From the NCBI GenBank assembly GCA_000708835.1, contig DF237164.1, positions 1 to 64,000 of the forward strand: 64,000 nt of DNA. The letters are read 5' to 3'. The position numbers were made by a program, and so were the translations under genes. The DNA is from Klebsormidium nitens. Its lineage: Eukaryota; Plantae; Klebsormidiophyceae. Under the pieces are notes generated by a model. That model made no database searches, was not told the DNA's origin, and saw only the letters and a program-made list of their open reading frames with translations. Below are positions 1 to 11,243 of this stretch, piece by piece (positions within the stretch are counted from its first letter, which is position 1; each line of letters begins with the position of its first letter).

Positions 1-2900
1 CAAAGGCCGCTCTGATCAAGGGGGAGGTTCCCACGACAGAGGCGCTCGTTCTCGGATCAGGGCCGCTTGCATGGGCTGCCACTAGTTGGCTGGAGTCATT
101 CGACGGCAGGCTGCCTCTGATCGGGGCAGCGACGGCAAAGCTCCTCTTGGGGTCGGCTCGAGATTTGGGATCAAGCAGAGGGGCAGAGGGGGAGCGAGGG
201 GAGGAGAGGAGGGAGGTGCTCTTGGACGAGGAACGGTATCTTCTAGGACTCCTAGAGAGGCGGCCACACAAAGAGGCGGCATGCGCTGGAAGTTCGTGCT
301 TTTGTAAGAAGCACGAGTTCCTTTTTGGAGAGGCTCGGCCGCCGACGGAGGAGAGGAGGGAGGGGCAAGAGGGGGGGCACGACGCGGGAGTCAGCAACGA
401 GATGGCTGAGGGGCCCCCTGCACTCAAACGAGCACGGAGATCAAAGGCATTTTGGAAAGCAGAAGCGCAGCGATCGATTCCAACGACCGGCACTGGCGGG
501 GCCAATCGGAAGGTTGGGGCCGCCAGCCGATGCTCGAGGGAGCTCGATGCGATCCATGGCTGGGTCGATGCATGCTGCAGTTGCAAGTTGAGCTCTTTAG
601 CGGCAGTGGGGGCGTGCAAGCATGGGAGGGAAGAAGAGGAGCGGCGCTTAAAGGCCCCAGTGATGCTTTTGAGCACCGAGGCGATCCAGCTGACGAAGCC
701 GAAGCTTGCGAGGCTCAGTGATGCGCCAAACTTCCACGACCCTTGGGTGACGGCCCTTGGAGGGCCCCCGGTCCGCGTCAGCAAGCTCCGAGACCGTCAC
801 TTTCTGGAGCTGTCGAACTTGGGCTTGCTGAGCGTGCCGTGTCCATTGGAAAGCCCTCCTTGCGGCGGGTCCTGGGCCGAGAAGAGGGTCGAGACTTCCG
901 TAACAGCCTCGCAGTGGAGCCAAAAGATCGAGGTGCGGATCTGCCATTGTAATTGCCCCGACGAAGCGCACACCATTCATTTTGACGGGGAGGCCCTCGG
1001 CCTGTACACTTGGAACCGAAGGACCCTCTTCGTCCAGGAGAGCCTCCAATTGCTCCTGCGCGGCATGCAACACGGGCACTCGTTCAAGGCGGAGCTGGCC
1101 ACCAATTAGGCGGCCTTTCAGCGATGCCCAGAGGCGGAGGTCTTGAGCGAAGAGACGTGGCGGCGCGCGAGTCTGGACTTCTTCAAGTTGCTCGGTCTCG
1201 GGATCCGGGATTGCTGCACTCTTTGCGGTCCGCATCCGAAGGTGAGTAAATGTCAGGCGGGTTCAATGAGCGTACATAACTTGCATGCTCGAATTGGGTG
1301 CAATAAGGCGTGTACATCCCACGCTATTTACATGTTGGGGCGTCGGCGGCGCTGTTTGATCGAAAGAGTGTACAGAGAAGGACAATCACAAAGCTTTGCG
1401 AGCATCTGAACGGATGTACACTCTTTGCAGGTGCTGCTCTGCGATGGGATTGTGGGGCTGGCCAATTCGGACGGGGCCAAGCGTCCAGGGGGGCTTGGCT
1501 TCACGACCCTGGACGCTCGGTGCACAATCTGTCATCCCAGCAGTTTCGAGAACGGGTGCCCAGCTTCTTCAGAAGCGGTCTATCTCGAGCCAAGACTACT
1601 GGGCAGCGGGCCTGGAAGGAGGAGGGATGAAACGTAAGCTTATCCTCCAGTCGGAGCTCCGAGAGGCGATTGCGCGTCTTTCTCAGCATTGCACAAAGGA
1701 CGAGAAGCTGGGTCAGAGGCTCTCGGAAGCGGAGTTTGGCGCCCTCTTGGACGGGCTTGCGAGCGATCCCTGCACCGTCAAAGGGTTTGGCCCTGGCGAA
1801 GAGGAAGGGTTGCTGCCGGAGGACGGCAGGAGGCGGATGCTAATTGAGCAGCGCACGATGGTGCGAGACCGGAACATGGCAGTTCTCGAGCTCCTGAGAG
1901 GCAGCCAAGGCGATTTCGAGAGACGGGGGATGAACGGGAACCTCTGGGAGTCTTGGGTGGGCGAATGGACGGAATTGCTTTACTGCCTTGGCGCACACGA
2001 TTCGGACGAAGATCTGATTGGAGCGGGCGCGCTCCACGTGGTCCGCAAATTGCTACCGGGGGGTGAGGCGTCCCTCGAGGATCGGCGCGAGCTAGCGAGG
2101 TCCGCGCCAATCCTGAGACGGATCCTGGACGCGTACGGCGGGCTGACCTTCCCAGGGTTCTTTATGCAAACCCTGCATCTGCTCTACTTGCTAACCTTGC
2201 TTGCACGAGGGTTGACGGGGTTTGCCGGAGAGGGACGGCTAGGCTGGGTGGCTGACGCAATTCGGCCGTTCGATCAGACACTCTGGTTGCTTGCCAATGC
2301 GCGAGCGCGGCCGCTTGGGATTGATGAGCCTGCGCAGACGGCTGGAGCAGGCACGTGCCTTGGCAAACGAGCTTTTGCTAGGAGTCGAGAGCCTGGCTCC
2401 GAGCCCCCGGCAGTGGGCGGTCATGAGCGAGAGGGAGAAGGCGTTGCTGTGGTAGCGGCTGGGTCGGGATGAGGAGGGCGTTTCGCTGCACCCGCTCCCT
2501 AAGGGGCACAGCTTTCGGGCCGAACAGGACGCGCTGGCTTGGTATGACTTCCCCGGCTGGGAGCAGTATCGGAGTCTGCCCCATTTCAGCAATCTCGAGC
2601 ACCCTGACGGCCGCAGCAAGAGCTCGGAAGAGTTCAAGTGCACTTCGGGGAAGACCGTCGGCAAGTGGGATTCCGAGAACGTGCCCGGCCTAATCAAGGG
2701 TAGCGGGAAGGCAACCAAGAAGGGCGCCGTTGCACAGCGTCCGAATCGGAGCCGCGGCGCATTCGTTTTTTGTTGTCCACATAGGGCCATATACGGCTAT
2801 CATGTCATGCTGAGGGGCGAGAGTCCACGAGATGCGGGGTTCGCAGGCGGAAAGCGATAACAGACCCTGCCATCCATGAACAGTACTGCAAAAATCGCTT
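1..2900 (+). pseudogene. Decayed KDZ (Kyakuja-Dileera-Zisupton)/CxC-type transposase-like gene, 5' truncated by the window edge
   Basis: Frame is open from nt 3 into ORF 147-1109. It has Cys clusters (CCSC, ICHCNC..HFDGEALGLYTWNRRTLF), then an in-frame TAG at 1107-1109 after which the frame continues (..DCCTLCGPHPK). A GT-AG intron (1242-1430) leads to VLLCDG. After frameshifts come DFPGWEQYRSLPHF and GAFVFCCPHRAIYGYHVMLRGESPRD (2755-2833), and in a shifted frame HEQYCKNR (2875-2898). These resemble KDZ core motifs as I recall them; no HMM was run. Confidence 0.7.
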
Positions 2901-2949
2901 GGAGCTGTCCGATCTTTAAAACTGTGAGATGTGCGTCGGCTTTCGTGTA

Positions 2950-4072
2950 CACGGGACCGCTACGGTGCAATTTCGGTCCGTGAGAATTTCCGCGGTACCG
3001 AAAAATTGCGGTAGTCGGCGCCCCCAAATTCGCGACGGGTGCAACCAAATTATGAGTAGTCAAATTGCGGCGGTCTTTGGGTACGACCGGCGGCGGCCGT
3101 AAGAAATTGCCCCCAAATCTTGACCACTTGCCACCAAATTGTTCAATTCTGTGGCAATTTCTCTAAAATTGGGGCTTGAAAATTAGCTTGCTGGAGCTTC
3201 AAAAGTCAAGATACAGTGGGGACACTTGGGGGTTTGGTTGGGCAGAGTGTCTACACTGAGGCTATTGTAGTTTGGTAGCTTCATATGAAGCTTTTGGTTA
3301 GGTTCTATGTTTGATTTGCTGTCAAGGTAGGGCAAAAGGAGCCATTTTTGTGACCACCATACTTTGTAGGAGGGGAGGTGAAATTTCACATCGACTGATG
3401 TTGAATCCTCGTCGCGACTCGCAATCGTATGTCCGTACTTCTGACACACCGTCACACGCGGTACCAATTTTCAACGAGCAAAGGTCCTTACCTGGTTTGA
3501 ACCGGCGCAGCTTAAATGTGGTACCAACCGAAGTTGTACCGGTAAAACTACACCTACCGCAGTAGCTTTGCATGATGAACTATAGGTACCGTACACAGTA
3601 CATGGGTAAACTGCACAAAGGCAGCCCGGGTGACCGAGACTTCATCCCGGTCCTCTGCAGAAGCCCGGGGCTCAGAGGAACAGACCGACCGGAGTGACCC
3701 GGGTGAGTAAGTCCTCCCGGTTGCAGTTCGCGGAGTACAACATGGATCATTAGGTACTGAAATGTAACCGCGCTTCAACCGAGTGCAACACAAAGCAACC
3801 ATTTTGTACCTGTCAAACAGTAGATAGACTGGCGCGTTACCTTCTGCACTAGCCGGTTGATCGCATTCCGGGGCATTTTGAACCTAGGCCAAATTGGGGC
3901 AAAAAGCGCAGCATGTTAGGGCTGTTGGCTGCCAAATTGAATATTCGCCGCACCCGAAACTCGGGCAGAGAGCCCGCACGGTAAATTTAATTTGACACGG
4001 CGTCCGGGTCAAATTTCCGCGCCGTAGCCTAGCAAACCGCCCGCCAGCAATTTGCACCGTAGCGGTCCCGTG
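2950..4072. mobile_element. Non-autonomous TIR DNA transposon (1123 bp), TA target duplication, CAC..GTG termini
   Basis: Perfect 21-bp inverted repeat CACGGGACCGCTACGGTGCAA (2950-2970) / TTGCACCGTAGCGGTCCCGTG (4052-4072), flanked by TA (2948-2949, 4073-4074). A GTAC 4-bp TSD is an equally valid reading. No convincing ORF inside. Confidence 0.85.
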
Positions 4073-4474
4073 TACATCAGCTATCAACTTGGCAATTGAA
4101 TGGCTATGTACACGAAGTAAATGGCTATGTACACGAACATTAGCTGTTAGGGTTGTTGATTGAATGACAATGGACACAAATGCATCAAAAACTTCCTTAC
4201 TCCTCCGAAACTTTGTTGCACTTTGCGCGCTCACTTTCTGGGCACGCAACCAGGCCTTGATGCCATCTGAGTTGGGTGCCCGGAAACTGGTAACTCCAAG
4301 AACTTCGTATCTGTATGAGAATCAGAGGAGGGTGCTTACCCGGTTGCTGGCCCAGCGCGCGGCGGACGTGGGACGATCACGCATGCTCTGGCAAAGTTGT
4401 CCTCAAGACTCAGGTCGAAGAAACCTGACCAGCCATCGTTCTCGGGCTCTGGCGGGAGGTCGTCCGACCAGCCG

Positions 4475-4970
4475 TCATCCTCGACTCCAGATAGAGGTCG
4501 TCCGGCATTGAGCAATCCGTCCCCGGCGCATCCCCACCCTCTGGCACGGAGGAGTGCCACTTGGCGCTCGAGGCTTGGCTGCGATCGGGGACGGGATGTC
4601 CTCCTCCTCGCTTGAGGAGTCGGGAGGTGAGAGCAGCACGCGGCGGCGGCGGCTGCGTTTGCGCGGGTTGGTCGCTCCATCAGGCGCGCGCCGCTTGAGC
4701 TTCGCGAGCACCTCGGAGAAGCTCTCGTCCTCTGTCTCCATCGCGGCATTGATCCGGCCGTACCGCACCACCTCGTTCTCCGACTCTTCCTGAGGGGCGT
4801 CGTCGATTATAGCCCACGATCCTGGGAGGTCTCCTCCTCGTCCGAGGACTCGTCGGCGCCCTCGAACTCCGCCCCCTCGATGTTCTCGCTCTCCCCTTCC
4901 GACTCCGTCTGCTGCGACTCGTCCTCGCTGAAGACGCGCAGCGGCTGCTGATCATCGCCGCTGCTCGCCT
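4475..4970 (-). pseudogene. Frameshifted acidic/basic low-complexity coding remnant
   Basis: After a putative AG acceptor near 4970 the minus strand reads EDESQQTESEGESENIEGAEFEGADESSDEEETSQDRGL*. In another frame it continues IIDDAPQEESENEVVRYGRINAAMETEDESFSEVLAKLKRR..RKRSRRRR. No family recognised. Confidence 0.35.
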
Positions 4971-5040
4971 GCACGAGTATAAGTGCCGCTGATTATCACA
5001 GGAATCAGCTAAGCAATGTGAGCCGCGCTGCAAACCTGGA

Positions 5041-6350
5041 AAGACCCCTGTGTCCGAGCTCTGACGTGCCTTCTGAGCTCAAACCTGCTTCGTGACGTCA
5101 GCAACTATCATGGCTAGCCGAGTCCTGAAGACTGCCGACACCCCCGTCCAAGTGTCCGAGTTTATGACGTGCGTTTTGGGCTCGGGCCGGCTTCATGACG
5201 TCAGCAAACATCATGGCGAGATGGCAAAATGGGCTGGGAACACTCTACGAACACCCTTGTCCAAATGTCCGAGTTTCTGACGTGCCTTGGGCCCGGACCT
5301 GCTTTGTGACGTCAGCAACATCAAGGCAAGCCAAGTTAATAACGACTGGGTACCAGCTGTGCTCAGATCACCAGCTTTTTTCTTGAGGTGCGGCTATCTA
5401 GGCATATTGTCGCACACAAACGAAGCCAAAAGCTCTCCTTAAGCGTCACAACATGCACCGGTTGCAACTCACCGATTGGTCCGGACGGGCTTTGGGCCCG
5501 CATCCTAGTACCCACGGGCATAGGAGAACTCCCCCTGCTCGACGCCGCCCTCTTCTGGTGAAATCTTTGTTCCGCTGCTGAATGGGGAGCGCCAGCGGGG
5601 TGCGGGTCTCTGGAGGACCCGGGGTCCTGCGAGGCAGTGAGAGGGTGATGGGCTTAGGAGCAAACCGCGCAGGTCGAGGCAGCTTCGACCGATGGAATGG
5701 TACTACGACCGGTGCACGGTCAGGACCGACGAGCAAGTCAAGGACGTCTTCGCGCTCGGCCCTCAGATCGATCGAGAGACTTTGAGGGCGGCAGCAAGAT
5801 TTTGAACAAGATGCAGCAGCTTCTGCGATCGCAGACTTCTGCTGCAGGGGCTCAGCGACGATCCGAAGGCTCTATCCTGGCCGTTGCTGTTCCGGTGGTT
5901 CATGCAAGTGGGAGGCTCCCTGCGCTGGTCGGGCGACCATCTGGTAGATTTCTTCAAGGAAGTTCTGGATAATGACCAGGACAAATCCGAGGATCTCAAG
6001 GGGAGCTTTCGAGGCACATCTGCCTTGCAGCGATCCAGGATTGCAGGCCGCTCTCTTCCCTGGCGGAGCTTGGTGCGGTGGACAGTTGAGGATCTCGCCA
6101 CCATGTCGACATGCAATGCACTCGTCGAAAGACCCTTGTCCAGATGTCCAAGTTTCTGACCTACCTTCTGGGCTCGAACCTGCTTCGTGACGTCATCAAA
6201 CATCATGGGAAAACGGCAAGATGGGTGAGGCGCAATGCCAACACCCCTGTCCGAGTGTCCGAGTTTGTGATCTACCTTGCGGGCTCGGACCTGCTTTGTG
6301 ACGTCATCAAACACCCCTGTCCGAGTGTCCGAGTTTATGACAAGACTTTT
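5041..6350 (-). repeat. ~112-bp repeat family, left clusters (5041-5330 x3; 6132-6350 x2.5)
   Basis: Units such as ACCCTTGTCCAAATGTCCGAGTTTCTGACG...GTGACGTCAGCAAAC start at about 5041, 5139, 5251, 6132, 6244 and 6313. Confidence 0.85.
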
Positions 6351-6789
6351 GGGTTTGGGCCTGGATTCGCTGTGCCTGACTAGCTGTGCCCAGACCACTG
6401 CCATGAATCTTGAGGTCGTCTACCTAGGCAAGTTGGGTTCAAAGAAAACTTCAAGTATCTTCAGACTAACCTCCGAAACGTTGGTGACCGCTGTGAGCTG
6501 CTGCGAAGTTGCCATTTCCTCTCTTAGCTTGCGTTGAAAGTCGTGGAAGTAGCTGGGGTCGAAGAGGCCATGTAGAACAGGTCCCCGCGGTTGGCGGATC
6601 TCAAGGACTTGCAATCAAAGAAACTTCGCTGTGATTCTTGGCAGAGAGAGGGCTCTCGGGGTTCCTTATCAGAGTGCTTATCTGCGCTGGGCCTCCATGT
6701 GCGCCTGCTCGCAGAAAGTTCTTCATTCAATGATCTATCAACAAATTAATCTTGTGGTTGACAAAGAAGCAGATGTTTACCCTCAACTA

Positions 6790-8275
6790 CAGTGGATCCT
6801 ATTGATCGGGGATGGCTGCTGACGTCATCCAGGAGCTCCAATCAAAAAAGGTGTGACAAGAACTCGGACACTTTAACAGAGTTGGCGCCATCGACAACAG
6901 TGGATCCTATCAATCGGAAATGGCTGCTGACGTCATCCAGGAGCTCCGATCAAAACAAGAATTCGGACACTTGGACAGAGTCCGCACCACTGAGTCGCTT
7001 GAAGCGCTGTGTCAGCAAGAAGCTGTTGCTGAAGGAAAGTCCACGAAGCTCTTGGTGTTGAACTCTTGGACGGACCCAGCGGAATCAGCCAAAATCAGTG
7101 GGGCCAAAACTGATGGACGACCGAAATGAAAAGGCTCACATCCATTCGGGCAGCATCTCTTCCACCACTCTCCGCAGGCATTCGGCGCGACTGCAACAGA
7201 GGAGGGCCTGATGCTCATGCCGGACCCGCACCGCTTGGCTCTCCGTCCGAGGAGGGCCCGGGGTTCCTTTCGACGCAACCGATGGTCAAGAGAGTCTTTG
7301 CGGGCATCGAAAAAGAGGACCGTTATAGGACAGTGCGATGCTCGATCCATCAGCGGTTTCAAAATTGGACGGAAAAGCTTTCAATGCAGTCCGAGAGAGA
7401 GCAGGCACTGCTGAGAGGGGGGGAGGGGGGGAGTGCTTTCAGTAACTCACCGAGAAGCGCATGGCTCATGGGTTCCGTGGAGGGCGGGGCCGTTCTGAAG
7501 GCCGGCTCGGAACCTGCGAAAGGCGATGAGCGACGCAATTTATTAGCCAGCCCGTCGCCAAAGAAGATGGCAAGCATGCGCGAGGCTGCCGCAGGGCCCA
7601 ACTACAAACGATCCACTATGCTTTCATAGCTTTGAAAACGATGCAGAAAGCTGGCCGAGAGTCACGTGATGCTTTTCAAACAGGACTTGACGTCAGGAGA
7701 TACGGCTTAAGTGGGAGCTATTTTGCTCAAACAGGGAACGAGGATCGCAGCACCGAGATCGTCCCACCTGGCGAGGAGCAAGCGCGAGGCGCCGGCATTT
7801 CTGCAGATGAGCTGGCCTCGTCCATCTTTAGCAGCTCCTCTTCGAGCCTCGCCAACTCCGCTTCCAGACGGCGCTGCATTCGATGTTGAACCCAAACTGC
7901 AGAAGGCGAAAAGAGCTCTTACAAGTTGGACAAGAAGGTGGTCTGTGCCATCAGTTACAACTGTATTCTATGTGGAATGGCTGGCTGCTGACGTCATCAT
8001 CCGTGTCCCCAAAAAGGTTTGCGAAAAGCTTGGACATCTTGGACAAGGGGGGGGTCTGTGCCATCGATTACAACTGCATTCTATGTGGAATGGCTGGCTG
8101 GTAACGTCATCATCCGTGTCCCCAAAAAGGTTTGCAAAAAGCTTGGACATCTTGGACAAGGGGGGGTCTGTGCCATCGATTACAGCTGCATTCTATCTGG
8201 AATGGCTGGCTGGTGACGTCGTTATCCGTGTTCCCAAAAAAGGTTTGCAAAAAGCCTGGACATCTTGGAAAAGGG
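6790..8275 (+). repeat. ~112-bp repeat family, right clusters in opposite orientation (6790-6990 x2; 7925-8275 x3)
   Basis: GCTGACGTCATC...AAAAAGGTTTGC..AAAGCTTGGACATCTTGGACAAGGG units, period 113 bp at 8041/8154. The reverse complement matches the left clusters. Confidence 0.85.
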
Positions 8276-10219
8276 GGGTTCTATACACCTCTCACCCGCG
8301 CGCTCTCTGTCGACGCGGAAGCAGCCGTTGAAAGCCAAGTGCTTCTTGCAGAGGTAGTTCACAGCTCCGCCCTCCTTGCTTCCGCAAAACCCAAACTCTG
8401 CGGTCGCCCCGCACTCGCGGCAGTGAAGGCTGTACGGATCTAGCAGGATGCAGGGACGAGTGCGAATGTTAGGATGCAGTCGAAAGTCGCTGTTTCGAAC
8501 AAGAGACATCGCGACATGCTACGGATCTTGGCATCGTCAGATGGGTACCCGGGCTGAGGATATCGACGGCAGCGATGTCGCAATGTTTATGATTGAGCTC
8601 GAGCAAGAAGTGGAGTTTTCGTTGACCTGGGGCGTTTCACCAGCTACCAGAGCTCTAAAACCAGGTCCAAACTCACCTTTCGCGGTGGGTTCACCGAGGC
8701 ACCATGCGACTCGCCGCTTCGCAGCCTTGTTTCCCCCTAGCACACGAGCGGCGAGGAGGGACTGGCGGGGGTCCACGAGCAGGCCGCGCCCACTCGGTTT
8801 TCCGGCCCCGCTTGCAGGCGGCGCGGGGCGCGTTCAGGCTCGGGGCGCGCATTAACGGCAGCGATGAGAGCCTCCTGTACCTTGGCGCTGATCTCCGTGC
8901 GGCTCCTGTACTCGAATGCACGTGCATGGCGTGCATCCTGACACACCCGATGGTCGGACTTGGTCCTTCCCTTGGGGCGAGTCCTTGCCATTGTCAAGGA
9001 GGAAGCCCACTGCAGCACGAAGAGAGCGATGAAAAGAAGTCAAGCCAATTGAGAAACTGAGATCAACCACTTGATGCGACGGGTCTGGGCTCCTGTCCTT
9101 CAACCAGTCTCCCGGTTTATGTAAGTCCTTCGAGCATCAAATCACATCTTCAACCCCCAGTTGACACAAACAGTCTTTGAAAGTAAAGAAGGCACTCAGG
9201 AGACTGCCGGTGATGTGATCTAGCAAAAAATGGAGACTGCCAAATCTGAATGACTGCACTGCCTTTGAGCAGCACGTAAGTAGCGAACGAATGCAAAAGA
9301 AGATGATCCCAAGAGTTGGGGGTTCATTCATCGGGTCTCCATCAATCTACTACCGGGGCTTCTCAACAACCTAAAACGCCTAGGGGCCCGGCAGAGTCTC
9401 TACCAGGTTTTTCAGGGGCCCTAACCAAATCAGCAAACAGCTTTTTTGTTGCTCAGTGCGGCACGTGTTGAGCGGCGCCCTCATGCAAAGTTTCGTTCTT
9501 GAACAGCCCTTCAGGTGCTATTCTAATCTCTTGCTTCCTTCTAACGCCCAGAGAATGCAGGCAAGAGCTGAGAGCCCGGCAAGACGTGCACCTTCAAGTG
9601 CCAATCTTTGGAATTTACGAACTTTCCTTCCTCTTTTGAAGATGAGGGAAGATGAGGAACAACAATAATCAAAGTGACGCACAGGTGTTGTGTACCAAGA
9701 AAAGACGAAGCAGCTTCATGCAAATTCAAGAAAGAACACCTTCGCAACACGAAGCTTTATTTCTGGCAGGCGGTGTGGCGACGCCCTTGAGCACTTAGCT
9801 GCGAAGTCGATGAGTTGGTTGTTGGAAAGTGCTTTCAATCATCGGCTTGCAGCCCCATCCGCATGCTCATAGAGTTCACATCAGCCGCCTGTGCTTTCTA
9901 TAGCTGCTACAGTTGTGATTTTTGTCCAAGGACAGAAGAGTCCGGTTGCAGCTGAAGAAACAAGAATAGCTGCCGAATAGGTGCTTACCTCAGAGCTCGC
10001 TTCTAGCCCAGCCCGTGCCTAGCCTCCCTCTCGCCTTCGCACCCGCGCTCTCTCAGTCTGCGCAGGTAAGGTGCAACCTTCAATATGCTCCTGACTGCCA
10101 TTGACAAGCACCTGAGCACCTGAGCTCAGCATGGAAGCTTGAGCTCAGCATGGAACCTGCAAGAATGTTCTAATGCTGCCTCAAATTTGCTTGCTGAGTA
10201 GGCCAGAGTACACCCCTGG

Positions 10220-10560
10220 TGGTGCCAGAGCCCGCCATTGGGTGCCGATTTGCGCCAGGCTGCCAGTTGGCTTTCAAGCTTCCAGCTGGCAGCCTGTGTG
10301 TAGAAGCCTCAGGAACCTTCCAAGCTGAGGTGGATGCTGGACACTTGGCAAGCATGCAAAAGTGGTGGAGGTGCCGCTGCTTGCCGCCGCTTGCCAGAGC
10401 TTGCCACCAAAGACCCGCATTGTGCCAAGCCATGCCACCACTTGCCAGCCCTTGCCAGCTCTCCTGCCAGCTCCTGCCATCTCTCCGGCCAGCTCCTGCC
10501 ATAAATCGCAGCACTGCGCCAACTCTTGCCATACCCCGCAGCATTGCACCTTGCACAACC
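10220..10560. repeat. Degenerate ~10-bp CTTGCCAG-type micro-repeat tract
   Basis: cttgccgccg-cttgccagag-cttgccacca (10380-10409); cttgccagcc-cttgccagct-ctcctgccag-ctcctgccat (10441-10480). Confidence 0.7.
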
Positions 10561-11011
10561 AGCTCCCGAAAGCAGCCAGTGCACGTTGACAGCACCGCGC
10601 CCCACCCTCTGCACTTGTCAGCTGCGCAGCGCGAGCTGGGAATGCCAACACTCAAAGCGCTGCAATCCTTTCTGCGGCTAGCACCTGGCGCATTAACCAA
10701 GGCTGCAGCACGTCATTTGCCGCGGCATGCCAGCCAGTTTTCTAGGCCCGGCATTGTTTGCATTGGGTGTTTCTTGGTGGTGGCCGGCATACAGCATCCC
10801 TGACTTCTCAAACACAGGCTGTGGTGGCTTGCAGGACGGGCAATTCGAGTCAGGGAGGCAGACAACACTTACGAGCCATGACTCTTGAGCTTTGATTGCC
10901 TCTCTCGGCCTACAAGGTAGGCAGTTCAGACTCATGAGCTTGGACCGCCTCTCCCGCCATATCACAAACTATACCTGGTAATATGTAGAGAAATTGTAGT
11001 ATGCGGAGCCT

Positions 11012-11187
11012 ACAGACAGGTAGGCAGGAGAGACAGGACTTTCGCTCGCCTCCGAGTCCCGGCCTATCCCCGGCCATACTGAGTAATAGTCTTATGTTAT
11101 TAGATTGTAATCGTCAAAGACCACAGACAGGTAGACAGGACAGACAGGAGTTTCGCTCACCTCTCCCGGCCTATCCCCGGCCATTCC
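11012..11187. repeat. Direct repeat pair, 111-bp spacing
   Basis: ACAGACAGGTAG.CAGGA.AGACAGGA.TTTCGCTC.CCTC...CCCGGCCTATCCCCGGCCAT starting at 11012 and 11123. Confidence 0.8.
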
Positions 11188-11243
11188 TAGGAATATGTGG
11201 AAAAAAATCGTCGACTAAGACCACAGACTAACCTGATCCCTAT

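Noticed and set aside
2827-2898. Possible micro-inversion, because the minus strand reads FAVLF..RFPP right after ESPRD
   Set aside because: Re-inverting gives a stop soon after, and the plus strand already holds HEQYCKNR in a shifted frame. Deletion or frameshift is the simpler explanation.
5041-8275. CRISPR-like reading of the tandem repeats here, at 20560-21380 and at 47451-47830
   Set aside because: The context is eukaryotic and spliced, whole units are homologous with no unique spacers, and there are no cas genes. The latter two arrays are exon-edge duplications.
8690-9870. Protein-like fragments on the minus strand (e.g. LSNNQLIDFAAKC.., GSLHFLLDHITG..)
   Set aside because: Interrupted by stops, with no recognisable family or consistent exon chain.
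10170-10803. Several overlapping 100-190 aa ORFs
   Set aside because: They are by-products of the CTTGCCAG micro-repeat tract, open on both strands with no domain signal.
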